Source of the DNA: Candidatus Hydrogenedentota bacterium | GTDB lineage: Bacteria; Hydrogenedentota; Hydrogenedentia; Hydrogenedentales; JAEUWI01 | Assembly: GCA_034669905.1 (NCBI GenBank) | Contig: JAXMOL010000016.1 | Span: 78,358-142,357 of the forward strand | DNA: 64,000 bases | Reading direction: 5' to 3' | Shown: positions 9,821 through 18,935 of the stretch, in pieces | How the letters are laid out: each line of letters opens with the position of its first letter | Position numbering within the stretch: the stretch's first letter is position 1 | Position numbers and translations under genes: made by a program | Notes under the pieces: generated by a model | What the model saw: only the letters and a program-made list of their open reading frames with translations | Databases searched by the model: none | Told to the model about the DNA's origin: nothing

Positions 9821-10130
9821 GATTCAGGCTCCATTGGCCAACGGCCCCGCGCCGCGGCAGCGGCCAGTATAGCGAAGGAGGCAGCATCAGGCCAGCGCGG
9901 GTGTCCCTGCGGCAACTTTCAGAAAAATATTTTTCGCCACGAAGGCACGAAGAGCACGAAGCATTCATGGACGTAGCAACCGTTCATTGGTTGCAATGAA
10001 TTCCCTTTCGTTTCTGCGGTACGGGGTCGCTATGTTCAGCCCAGTTTGACCCGCTTTCTGCCCCCAGAAACTTCAAGGCGATTCGCGGTATAGTATTGAA
10101 TAGGAGATAACAAGCGAAAGGGGCTGTCTT

Positions 10131-10865
10131 ATGATGAAATATCTTCGCAATTGGATTCGGTGCTGCGTACTGGCGCTCTGCCTTTTCACGATTCCACTGC
10201 ATGCCGCCGATGATGGGGATCTAAGCGTGGCCGAGGGCGAGCGGTGTAATGACCGACTCATTGTGCCGGACGAACGTGTCGGGCCTATCAACTGGCAGAC
10301 GACTTTTGAAGACCTGGTCGCCTGTTTTGGACGTGATCAGGTTGTCGTTGATCAGATAAATACCGGCGAGGGCGATACGGAGCTGGGTGTCGTGGTCTTC
10401 CCGAAGGATCCGGAGAAGCGCCTGGATATCGTGTGGCGGTTCCCGGAGGAACAACGATGGCCGTCAGAAATCTCCATTTATGGAACAAAATCCGAGTGGA
10501 AGACGAAGGAAGGAGTCACGCTCGGAACCACCTTGCGGGAGTTGGAGGTGCTCAATACAATGCCCTTCCACCTTGTCGGCTTTGGCCACGATTGGGCAGG
10601 CGTTGTGGTGGATCGCGGTAAAGGCTCCTTAGTCTTGCTTGGCCCTCCAGAGGGCGCGCATGATTCTGCCCGAAGGCGGCCCATTACGATTTCCCTTCAC
10701 CCTGACTACAGTCGGAACGGAGAGACTATACGAAGGCTGCGCCGTCAGGTGGGCAGTGACCGATCCTTTTCCTCGGGCCATCCGGCCATGCAGGCGCTCG
10801 CACCGACGGTCCAATGGATACGGGTTTCGATATTTAAGGCACCGGAGATAGATGCGGAAGAGTAG
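10131..10865 (+). CDS. secreted hypothetical protein
   Basis: Signal peptide ending PLHA. Contains a W.TKEGVTLGTTL.EL motif. 244 aa, with no competing long ORF. Confidence 0.75.
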   Translation: MMKYLRNWIRCCVLALCLFTIPLHAADDGDLSVAEGERCNDRLIVPDERVGPINWQTTFEDLVACFGRDQVVVDQINTGEGDTELGVVVFPKDPEKRLDIVWRFPEEQRWPSEISIYGTKSEWKTKEGVTLGTTLRELEVLNTMPFHLVGFGHDWAGVVVDRGKGSLVLLGPPEGAHDSARRRPITISLHPDYSRNGETIRRLRRQVGSDRSFSSGHPAMQALAPTVQWIRVSIFKAPEIDAEE

Positions 10866-11028
10866 ATTCTTAGACGAATAAGGGGGCGGTGATCAGTCTA
10901 GGGAAGCAGATGCAACCCCCATCCTGCTCTGGGAGAATTAGCGACCCCATGCAGGTCGTTCCGGTTTGACATTTCCCCCCTCATGTGAGAACCTTGATTG
11001 AGCGAATAATTCGCAGGAGTCTTGCCAA

Positions 11029-11349
11029 ATGCCGACCGATACCGTACACCTCACCGAGCGCGATGTGGCCACGATACAGCGCTATGTCGAACAGGGGCGT
11101 TTCCAATCCGCGAGCGACGTCGTCTCGGCAGGACTCCAATTGCTTGAAGCGTGCGACCGGGATGAGGCCTCCAAACTGGAGCAGTTGCGGGTAGCTGCCC
11201 AAAAAGGAATTGACGATTTGGAGGCGGGACGCTATACGGAGGTGGATAGCCGCGAGGAATTGGACGAATATTTGGCTTCCATCCGGGAACGGGGGATGGC
11301 GCGGCTGAAAGAATCGGGGATTGATGCAAAGGCGCTTGAGGCTCAGTAG
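11029..11349 (+). CDS. parD: type II antitoxin, ParD family (ribbon-helix-helix)
   Basis: V..GRFQSASDVV..GL.LL and KLEQLR.A.QKGIDDLEAGRY motifs. AGGAG RBS. Overlaps the downstream toxin. Confidence 0.88.
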   Translation: MPTDTVHLTERDVATIQRYVEQGRFQSASDVVSAGLQLLEACDRDEASKLEQLRVAAQKGIDDLEAGRYTEVDSREELDEYLASIRERGMARLKESGIDAKALEAQ

Positions 11350-11695
11350 AGAGGCGGACGAGGATCAGATTGAAATCTGGTGCTACACGGCGACGACCTT
11401 TGGTTTGAATCAGGCCGAACGCTACGAACAATTGATCGGGCAGGCCTTCCGCGACATTGCTGACGATCCGCTTCGCAACGGTGCCGTGCTTAGAGCAGAG
11501 ATTGCGCCGGGCCTCTACAGCTATCCCATCTCCCTGAGTGCCAAACGCAGCGGGACAAGTATCCACCAGGCCCCTCATTTTGTGCTCTATCTGGTCTTGT
11601 CCGATGAGGAAATTGGCGTGAGCCGGGTACTCCACCAATCCATGGAAATCGCGCGGAACATCCCGGATACTCACAAGCGCGGAGTTATCGAGTAG
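11324..11695 (+). CDS. parE: type II toxin, ParE/RelE family
   Basis: RLSREADED..EIW.YT...FG..QAERY N-terminus and RVLHQSME C-terminus, typical of ParE. Confidence 0.88.
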   Translation: MQRRLRLSREADEDQIEIWCYTATTFGLNQAERYEQLIGQAFRDIADDPLRNGAVLRAEIAPGLYSYPISLSAKRSGTSIHQAPHFVLYLVLSDEEIGVSRVLHQSMEIARNIPDTHKRGVIE

Positions 11696-11870
11696 ACACT
11701 GAGCGTGGGATGAGCGCAACGGATCGATGGGGCACGGGTAAAACCTACCGGGCCTACCCGTGGCACCCAAGGTTCGCCTTTTCTTGCGACGGCTTCAATA
11801 TGTGCCGAGGTTCTGGAGTGGTGACTTCGATTGCCCAACACCGGGCTCTACTGCTGAAATTTCGCTCTCC

Positions 11871-12590
11871 TTATCCCTCAGGATAAAACACGTCTTCCAG
11901 CGAATTGTTCACGCCGGGCGCACCCATGAAGGGCAGGTTGCGGCCGGTCATGATGGCGTCCATGGCCTTGACCTCTTCCCGGCTGATTTCCTTAATATCC
12001 CCGTGCACAATGGCGCTGTGGATGTGGAGGGAAGTCATCTCCAGGAGTTCCGTGTTCATCATGGTCCATTTGATGTCCAGGGGGCTCAAGATCACGAGGC
12101 CGTGGTTCTCCATGAGGAAGGCATTGTATTTCTGGAGGAAGGGCAGGAAGTTATCGGCCAGTTCCTGGGTCAGGGGCTGTGCGAAGGGCACGACGGGCAC
12201 GGGGCCCACTTCCGTGATCGTCTCGGGGAAAAGGGGGCGCATGAGGTGGTTTTCGCCCTTGGTGATGGTGAAGGCGTTGGTGTAGGGCGGGTGGCAATGG
12301 ACCACCGATTGGACGTCGGGCCGCTCGTTGAAGAAGTTGAGGTACATGGGGGTCTCACCCGTGGGGCGATTCTTGCCTTCGAGCTTTTCGCCCTTCAGGT
12401 TGATGAAGACCACGTCATCCAGTTGGATGTCGCCCTTGTTCATCTGGGTGGGTGTGATGAGGAGCACGTTGTCTTCCATCTTCCACGCGGCATTGCCACC
12501 GAAGCCGGTGACGTATTTGTTGGCGGCCAACTGGTGGCAGACGCCGACGAAGGTCTTGATTTGGGAGGCGTATTTTTCGAAAAGGCTCAT
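11871..12590 (-). CDS. class II aldolase/adducin family protein
   Basis: GGNA.., ITPT...K, P(T)GE, VVHCHP and LMENHG metal-binding motifs. Confidence 0.9.
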   Translation of the reverse strand: MSLFEKYASQIKTFVGVCHQLAANKYVTGFGGNAAWKMEDNVLLITPTQMNKGDIQLDDVVFINLKGEKLEGKNRPTGETPMYLNFFNERPDVQSVVHCHPPYTNAFTITKGENHLMRPLFPETITEVGPVPVVPFAQPLTQELADNFLPFLQKYNAFLMENHGLVILSPLDIKWTMMNTELLEMTSLHIHSAIVHGDIKEISREEVKAMDAIMTGRNLPFMGAPGVNNSLEDVFYPEG

Positions 12591-12685
12591 GATTTTTTCC
12601 TGGTTATTAAAGGACCTAAAGGACTATTAGGACGTAAGGGACGTATTTTTCGGGTAGCAGAGATTAAAGTAGCGCCGTGGCACAT

Positions 12686-12769
12686 GTCATCCCCGCGAAG
12701 GCGGGGATCCAGTAACGCGGACGAAGTACTCCCCGATACCCACTGGATTCCCGCCTGCGCGGGAATGAC
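12686..12769. repeat. REP-like doublet family A (GTCAT(T/C)CCCGCG..GCGGG(A/G)ATCCAG)
   Basis: Arms at 12686-12713 and 12742-12769 are inverted copies, and each arm is itself a hairpin. Related copies lie at 16447-16531 and 54470-54554. Confidence 0.9.
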
Positions 12770-12852
12770 GGTATCAGCGAAGAAGCCGTACGCGACCGGT
12801 ACACGGAGTTGACGATTGCTTGTCTTCGACACGGACTCAACGCCCCCCCCTC

Positions 12853-13899
12853 TTAATGCTCCAACACAACTTTCAAGGATTTCACGGCCGGGTCGGCCTG
12901 GGTCTTGAAAGCTTCGTTAAACTGCTCCAAGGCGAAGCGGTGGGTAATCAGGGGATCGGGATTAATCTTCCCCGTTTCAATCAGGCGGATGGCCTCTTCA
13001 TAATCACGGCGCACGGAACTGTTGGCGCCGTGGAGATGAAGTTCCCGATAGTGAATCGCGTTGAGGTCGATGGATTCGCAGGGGTCCTGTTTGGACATGC
13101 CCGCGAAGATCGAAAGGTGCCCGCCCATGGCCAGAAGCTCCATGCCCAGGGGCACGAGTTCCTTGGCGGAGGCCGGCACGACCACGCCATCCACGCCCAG
13201 GCCGTCGGTGTTTTCTTTCATCCATTTGATGGGGTCCGTCGTGCTGGTGTTCACGAGGTTTTCGAAGGGCAGGCCAAGTTCCTTGATGAGGTCGAGTCGC
13301 CCCTGAGAGCGATTCATGATGGTGACCGTCTCCGCACCCCAGGCCTTGGCGACGAGCCCATTGAGCACGCCGATGATGCCGCCGCTCAACACGACCACAT
13401 GCTTCATCTCTTCAAAGGGAAAGAATCGCAGGCCGTTGACGCAGCAACTGATGGGCTCGAGCAGGGTCGCCACTTCGGCGCTCATGGAGTCGGGAATGGG
13501 AATGAGACAGCCCTGGTCCACACCCTCTTTGGGCATGACCATGTAGTCGGCAAAGCCACCATTCCAGGCATAGCCAATGGCCTTGAAGCCCTTGAGGCAG
13601 CGTATCTGGTGGTGGGCCTTGCAGGGAGCGCATTCGCCGCAACCGATAACGGTCTGGACGGCGTAGCGCTGTCCTACTTCGATGCCCGACAGGCCGTCGC
13701 CCAGGGCTTCCACGGTGCCCGCGAGTTCATGGCCGATGATGTTCACGGAAACGGGCTTCTCTCCCCGGAGTACCCGCTGGTCTGTGCCGCAAAGGGCACT
13801 GGCGTCTACTTTGAGGAGCACCTCGCCCGCCTGGGGCGAAGGCTTTTCTACGTCTTGTACTTCAATCACGCCCGGGGCGGTGATGACAGCTGCTTTCAT
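12853..13899 (-). CDS. zinc-dependent alcohol/polyol dehydrogenase (MDR family)
   Basis: CGTD, GHELAG and CGECAPC.......C zinc motifs. Start at MKAAVITAPG. Confidence 0.92.
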   Translation of the reverse strand: MKAAVITAPGVIEVQDVEKPSPQAGEVLLKVDASALCGTDQRVLRGEKPVSVNIIGHELAGTVEALGDGLSGIEVGQRYAVQTVIGCGECAPCKAHHQIRCLKGFKAIGYAWNGGFADYMVMPKEGVDQGCLIPIPDSMSAEVATLLEPISCCVNGLRFFPFEEMKHVVVLSGGIIGVLNGLVAKAWGAETVTIMNRSQGRLDLIKELGLPFENLVNTSTTDPIKWMKENTDGLGVDGVVVPASAKELVPLGMELLAMGGHLSIFAGMSKQDPCESIDLNAIHYRELHLHGANSSVRRDYEEAIRLIETGKINPDPLITHRFALEQFNEAFKTQADPAVKSLKVVLEH

Positions 13900-13930
13900 G
13901 GTATTTCTTTCAGGGTTATAGGTCAAAAAA

Positions 13931-14059
13931 CGTGCCGCGCGATGCCGAGGTACGAGGCTTCGTGCGAAAGTCCCATAAAATGTCGTGGTGCCCACACTTG
14001 ATCCGAGAATGCTCGTAAAATGGTGCACGAACCTTCGTTCCTCAGGATCGCGCGGCACG
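13931..14059. repeat. palindromic intergenic doublet family G
   Basis: 35-nt arms CGTGCCGCGCGAT...TTCGTGC (13931-13965) and inverse (14025-14059), 30/35 matching. Confidence 0.85.
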
Positions 14060-14075
14060 ACCAAGTCATTTTAGA

Positions 14076-15113
14076 TCAGTCGAAATCAATCATGGCCTTC
14101 ATGACGCCATCCTGATAACCCGCCACGAGATCAAAGGCGTCCTTTGTCTTTTCAAAGGGGAAATGGTGGGTCACCATGGTCTCGGCGGGCAGGGTGCCGT
14201 CTTCAATCTGGTCCAACGTCAGGCCGGTACATTCATTCTGGCGGCGCACGTTCTGGAGACAGATTTCCTTGCGGCGCATGAGGTCAATCTGGAAGGAAAT
14301 CCGGTCCACTTCCGGGATACCAATCATGACCAGCTTGCCGCCCGGCTTCACCATCAACACCGCCTGGTCTACCGCCTCCTGCTGACCACAACATTCAAAG
14401 ACATAGTCCAGCAACAGGGGCTCGGCCTCTTCGATGGCCTTCACCGCATCGAGCTTATCCACGTTTCCGATCCAATCCGCCCCCGCCTTCTTCGCGAGTT
14501 CGAGACGGGCGTCAATCTTGTCGGTCATATAGACCTTGTCGACCCCTGCGGCGAGGGCCGGCATGAGCACGCTCAATCCGATGGGACCACTCCCGAGGAT
14601 GCCGATGCGCTTGCCCTTGAGTTCCCCTGCCAGCTTGCAGGCATAGACGCCAATCGCGAGGGGCTCACTCAAGACACCGGCTTCCAAGGTGGTCTCGTCT
14701 TTCAACGGGAAGCAACTCGTCTCCGGCATGACGATGAATTCGGAGAGACTCCCTTCCGCCTGACCGGGACACCCCAGAAAACGGAGCTTGCGGCAGGTGT
14801 GGGTGCGGTCCGCCTTGCACTGGTCGCATTCCCAGCAGGGCATGGCCGGCTCGATGGCGACGCGGTCCCCCACCTTCACGCGGGTCACGCCCGGCCCCAC
14901 TTCCGTGATAACGCCGGCACATTCATGGCCCACGGCGAAGGGATACTCCACCACCTGGCTGCCGATGCGGCCCGTCGTGTAGTAGTGCACGTCCGAACCA
15001 CAGACGCCCACGCTGCCCATCTTAATCTTCACATCGGTGGGGGCTTCGATACAGGGATCGGGCACTTCGCGCATTTCCATCGCACGGATACCCGTCAGAA
15101 CCATTGCTCGCAT
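14076..15113 (-). CDS. zinc-dependent sorbitol/iditol dehydrogenase-like (MDR family)
   Basis: GVCGSDVHYY..GRIG, GHECAG, CWECDQC.......C and G.GPIG Rossmann motifs. Confidence 0.93.
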   Translation of the reverse strand: MRAMVLTGIRAMEMREVPDPCIEAPTDVKIKMGSVGVCGSDVHYYTTGRIGSQVVEYPFAVGHECAGVITEVGPGVTRVKVGDRVAIEPAMPCWECDQCKADRTHTCRKLRFLGCPGQAEGSLSEFIVMPETSCFPLKDETTLEAGVLSEPLAIGVYACKLAGELKGKRIGILGSGPIGLSVLMPALAAGVDKVYMTDKIDARLELAKKAGADWIGNVDKLDAVKAIEEAEPLLLDYVFECCGQQEAVDQAVLMVKPGGKLVMIGIPEVDRISFQIDLMRRKEICLQNVRRQNECTGLTLDQIEDGTLPAETMVTHHFPFEKTKDAFDLVAGYQDGVMKAMIDFD

Positions 15114-15281
15114 GGGAACACTCCTTTTGGGCGGGCCCGGAGACTACCGCCTTGCTTATTTGCTCAGATTCGCTTATTATAGGTCATTACCAATCACTTT
15201 TCAATCATATTCAGGCGCCGACTTCGTCCCGATGGGATTCTAACGCCTTTGTTATTAGTTTGTTAGGAAACACGCTTCAAA

Positions 15282-16067
15282 ATGATTCCTTTGGAACGGC
15301 ACGAGCGCATTCTGGAGCATCTCAACGCCCATCGCTTCCTCAATGTAGAGCAGGCCATTGCCCTGTTGGGTGCCAGTGCGGCCACGATTCGACGGGATTT
15401 TAACGAGCTCGCCGAGCAGGGCCTGGCCCTCCGCACCCGGGGCGGATTGCGCCGTCTTGAGCAGGTGGAAGACGGGGCGCTGCCCTACGCCTTCCGGGCA
15501 GGGCGGCACGCCGAAGAGAAAGCAGTCATCGCGCGGAAAGCCATGGCCCTCCTCCAACCCGGTGCCGTGGTCTTCGTGGATGGCGGCACCACGACCCACC
15601 ATCTCGCCCACTACATCCCTGATTTCCCCCTGACCCTAATCACCAACAGCCTGCGCCTCGCCGCCACCCTGGGTGAGCGGCACGCCCAATCCAGCGATCT
15701 GCGGGTGGTCTTATCGGGCGGCACCCTCCACCCGGAAGCGGGATTGCTGGTGGGCCCCCAGTGTACCCAGACCCTCGCCGAATACCGGGCCGACTGGGCC
15801 TTTATTTCGCCCGGTGGTATTGACGCCGAAGGCATCTACAACACCAATGAAGATGCAGCGGCCAGTGAGCGGGTCATGATGTCCCAGGCGGCCCAGGTGG
15901 CCGTGTTGGCCGATCCCGGCAAGCTCAACCGGGCCTCCATGTGTCGGGTGTCGGGCCTGGATGCCTTCCACGTATTGCTCACGGCCCAGCCCCTCCCCGC
16001 CGGGCCACTCCGGGATGGCCTGAACGAAGCGGACGTCGCGATTGCTGCGCCGACGCCTGTGGGCTGA
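15282..16067 (+). CDS. DeoR/GlpR family transcriptional regulator
   Basis: S.ATIRRD..EL HTH, RTRGG, FVDGGTT and ITNS motifs. Divergent from the dehydrogenase operon. Confidence 0.95.
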   Translation: MIPLERHERILEHLNAHRFLNVEQAIALLGASAATIRRDFNELAEQGLALRTRGGLRRLEQVEDGALPYAFRAGRHAEEKAVIARKAMALLQPGAVVFVDGGTTTHHLAHYIPDFPLTLITNSLRLAATLGERHAQSSDLRVVLSGGTLHPEAGLLVGPQCTQTLAEYRADWAFISPGGIDAEGIYNTNEDAAASERVMMSQAAQVAVLADPGKLNRASMCRVSGLDAFHVLLTAQPLPAGPLRDGLNEADVAIAAPTPVG

Positions 16068-16208
16068 GGTAGTCGCCCCGACCCAAAACCATTGCTTCTG
16101 TGCCATGTCGAAGACGCGCCGCAGGATGGCCATACCGAGTTCCACGAGGTTTCTGTCCCGTTCTTCTATTTCCGTTCTGCGGAAGTACTCGGAGAGTTGG
16201 CGCAGGCT

Positions 16209-16733
16209 ATGGGGCGGGCCTTCAGCCCTTGAGTGCTGGTACGGTCCCGGTTCATGGGCCGTTGACCCATGCTGGTATGTTGACGGGCCTTCGGCCCTCC
16301 TGAATGCCAGTGGGAGTCCTAAACATCAAGGGCAAACCACCGGCTCTGTCGGGGAGAATTCATCAGGCCCCGTCGTCCCCCCGTATTATGTTTTTTCGTG
16401 CCGCGTAACAATCTTGCAAAAACACAGCTCCACCACACGAAGCTCACGTCATTCCCGAAAAGGCGGGAATCCAGTGCGTTTGGCGGTTGTCCTGGATGAA
16501 TTTCTGGATCCCCGCCTTCGCGGGGATGACGGAAATATTACAGGTTCGAGGTGGACGGTCTAAGCGGCGCAAACGATAGAGCCTCTTTCTGGGGCCTTGC
16601 TCATGCCCCCCAAGTCGCCTGATGGGCGCTGATTGCCATCGCATGAGCGCCAACGGCGCGGTACCATACCAGCCCAGGCCGAAGGCCTGGGTAAACGGAT
16701 TTTTTTCTTCCCAGGGCTGAAAGCCCGCAACAT
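16209..16733. repeat. inverted pair of family-B three-hairpin elements (16209-16298 forward, 16646-16733 reverse) enclosing a family-A doublet (16447-16531)
   Basis: Shared GGGC(C/T)TTCAGCCCT and GCTGGTATG motifs, and similarity to the copies at 18012-18221. Confidence 0.8.
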
Positions 16734-16984
16734 GTTTTCGTGGTAGTCCTTAGAGTCGGGTGTTCTTGCCGTCTCCTCCAACGAAATACAGCGTTACGGC
16801 GTATACATGGCACGGCAGTGTGTTGTTTGATGTTTCCAAGAATTTTCTCACCGTGTAGATGCGCCACGCTTCGACGAGCGGTGGAGTTGGGCAGCAGGCA
16901 CGATGGCTACTTGCGCCCCGACGCCACCTCGCTCTACAATGCCCTTTCCATCAGGCAATCCCCAATACAAGGAAGCAATACGCC

Positions 16985-17920
16985 ATGTCTACTACTCCCC
17001 TTTCTTCCCGTCGCGGCTTTTTCAAGACCGCCGGTCTCGGGCTCGGTGCCGCCGTCGGCACTGCCACCACCTCCGCCTTTGCTGCTGCGCCCCTGCCCCG
17101 CAACGGCCAATCCCACATGAAATTGAGCGTGGCCGCCTACTCGTTCAACAAGATGCTCGCTAAGCGCGGCACGCCGGAAGAGATCGCGAAGGCCGGGATG
17201 AGCCTCAACGACGTGGTCGATTTTGCGGCGAAGCAGAATCTGGACGGCGTCGAGCTGACCAGCTACTACTTCCCCAAAGAGGTGACCAACGAGTACCTCA
17301 TGGGCCTCAAGCAGCAGTGCTTCCGTCTTGGACTCGACGTTTCCGGCACGGCCATCGGCAATGACTTCTGCCACGGCCCCGGTGCGGAACGGGACGAGCA
17401 GCTCGCCCTGACCCGTGAATGGATTGACTACGCCGCCCTCGTGGGTGCGCCGGTCATTCGCATTTTTGCGGGCAAGGTCAAGTCGGGCAGCGACGAATCG
17501 CAGGCCCTGAAGAACTGCATCGACGGCATCAATGAATCCCTCGACTATGCCGCAACGAAAGGCGTTTTCCTGGCCCTCGAAAATCACGGCGGTATCACGG
17601 CCACGCCGAAGCAGATGATGCGTATCATCGAAGGGGTCAACGATTCCCCCTGGTTTGGGGTGAACCTCGACGGTGGCAACTTCAACACGGACGATCCCTA
17701 CCGCGACCTGGCCGTCATTGCACCCTACGCCATTAACGCTCAGATCAAAGTCGCCATCCGGAAGAATGGCGTGAAGGAAGAAGCCGACTTCGCCCGCATC
17801 ATCGGCATCCTGAAAGACGCCAACTACCGGGGCTACATCGTGCTCGAATATGAAGAGGCCGATCCCATGGGAGAAATTCCCAAACACCTCGACGCCCTGC
17901 GCGAACTGCTCGTGCGCTAG
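16985..17920 (+). CDS. Tat-exported sugar phosphate isomerase/epimerase (xylose-isomerase-like TIM barrel)
   Basis: SRRGFFK twin-arginine signal. LDGVELTSYYF, RIFAG, LALENHGG, NLD.GNF and YRGYIVLEYE motifs. Confidence 0.92.
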   Translation: MSTTPLSSRRGFFKTAGLGLGAAVGTATTSAFAAAPLPRNGQSHMKLSVAAYSFNKMLAKRGTPEEIAKAGMSLNDVVDFAAKQNLDGVELTSYYFPKEVTNEYLMGLKQQCFRLGLDVSGTAIGNDFCHGPGAERDEQLALTREWIDYAALVGAPVIRIFAGKVKSGSDESQALKNCIDGINESLDYAATKGVFLALENHGGITATPKQMMRIIEGVNDSPWFGVNLDGGNFNTDDPYRDLAVIAPYAINAQIKVAIRKNGVKEEADFARIIGILKDANYRGYIVLEYEEADPMGEIPKHLDALRELLVR

Positions 17921-18011
17921 TGGCCTGATTTGAGCAGATGGGACATTATAGATCGCCGTCTTACGGGTCAGATATAGGTTTGGGAACCGATATGGGTTCC
18001 AGCGACGTTCT

Positions 18012-18221
18012 ATGAGACGGGCTTTCAGCCCTCTGTGGATGAAAGAGTCCGAAAACATGGGGCATCGCCCCATGCTGGTATGTAGCCAGGCCGTTGGCCC
18101 TAAAAAATGGAAACTGCAAAGGCGATTTGTTCAGCGCCAAAGGCGCGCCCCCTATCAGCCTGGGGCGAAGCCCCAGGAATACGAACAAGCAATTATGGAC
18201 AGGGCTGAAAGCCCGATTCAT
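18012..18221. repeat. inverted pair of family-B elements (18012-18101 forward, 18133-18221 reverse)
   Basis: ATGAGACGGGCTTTCAGCCCT ... AGGGCTGAAAGCCCGATTCAT terminal arms plus internal hairpins. Confidence 0.85.
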
Positions 18222-18330
18222 TTTATGAAAGAATAAAAGCCTTCAACTACGATTCAGACCACTAGTAATTCGGGGTGCTCCAATCGGGCCACTACGTTTA
18301 ACGCGATAGCCTCCCGTGCTTTCAGATACT

Positions 18331-18412
18331 ACTCCCCTCCCTGGAGGGGCTGGGGGTGGGTCAAGTCATCACGTGAATTCTGACCCACCCCTAACCCCTC
18401 CGAGGAGGGGAA
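18331..18412. repeat. palindromic element family C (CCCCTCC..GGAGGGG...GGGGTGGG)
   Basis: Self-inverted element. Its arms closely match those of the reverse-complement copy at 21027-21109. Confidence 0.88.
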
Positions 18413-18461
18413 CAAACGGCGCGTCATCAGACCGCCGTTGGCAATGCAGATTCCCGGTTTT

Positions 18462-18842
18462 TCAGTCAGAACGCTCGTCGTCGTTTTCTTCGGCCGCCTC
18501 ACGCTCAATGCGCTTGGGGCGGCCTTTCTTGTCGACTGCCACAAAGGTCCCGGTGGTCTGGAAGACTACCGTCTCTCCGACCCGACCTTCCACATCAAAG
18601 GTGATGCTGGTGCGCCCCACATGGGGATTACCCGCAAAAAAGTCGACCCGATCCCGTTCGCGAACGGGATGGCGGAAGAGAATTTCGGTGAATTTCAGGG
18701 TGACCATACGCGGCGCGCCCGTATAGACGTGGGCATAGATCCCGGCCGCCTCGTCCATCCAGGCCATCATGGTGCCGCCAAAGAGATTGCCGCCGACGCC
18801 GAGGTCGCGGGTCATGCAAATGTGGGAAGTTACACGTTCCAA
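18462..18842 (-). CDS. acyl-CoA thioesterase (hot-dog fold, YciA-like)
   Basis: GNLFGGTMMAWMDEAAG, VGRTSI and FVAVD..GRP motifs. Confidence 0.93.
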   Translation of the reverse strand: MERVTSHICMTRDLGVGGNLFGGTMMAWMDEAAGIYAHVYTGAPRMVTLKFTEILFRHPVRERDRVDFFAGNPHVGRTSITFDVEGRVGETVVFQTTGTFVAVDKKGRPKRIEREAAEENDDERSD

Positions 18843-18935
18843 GAGGGATACTCCAAGGTAATGCTTGCGGATTTCGACGGGGTTCTCAAGCGAACCCGCC
18901 TCGCGCCCCGAGGTGCCCCTGCTGCCGTGTGTCCC

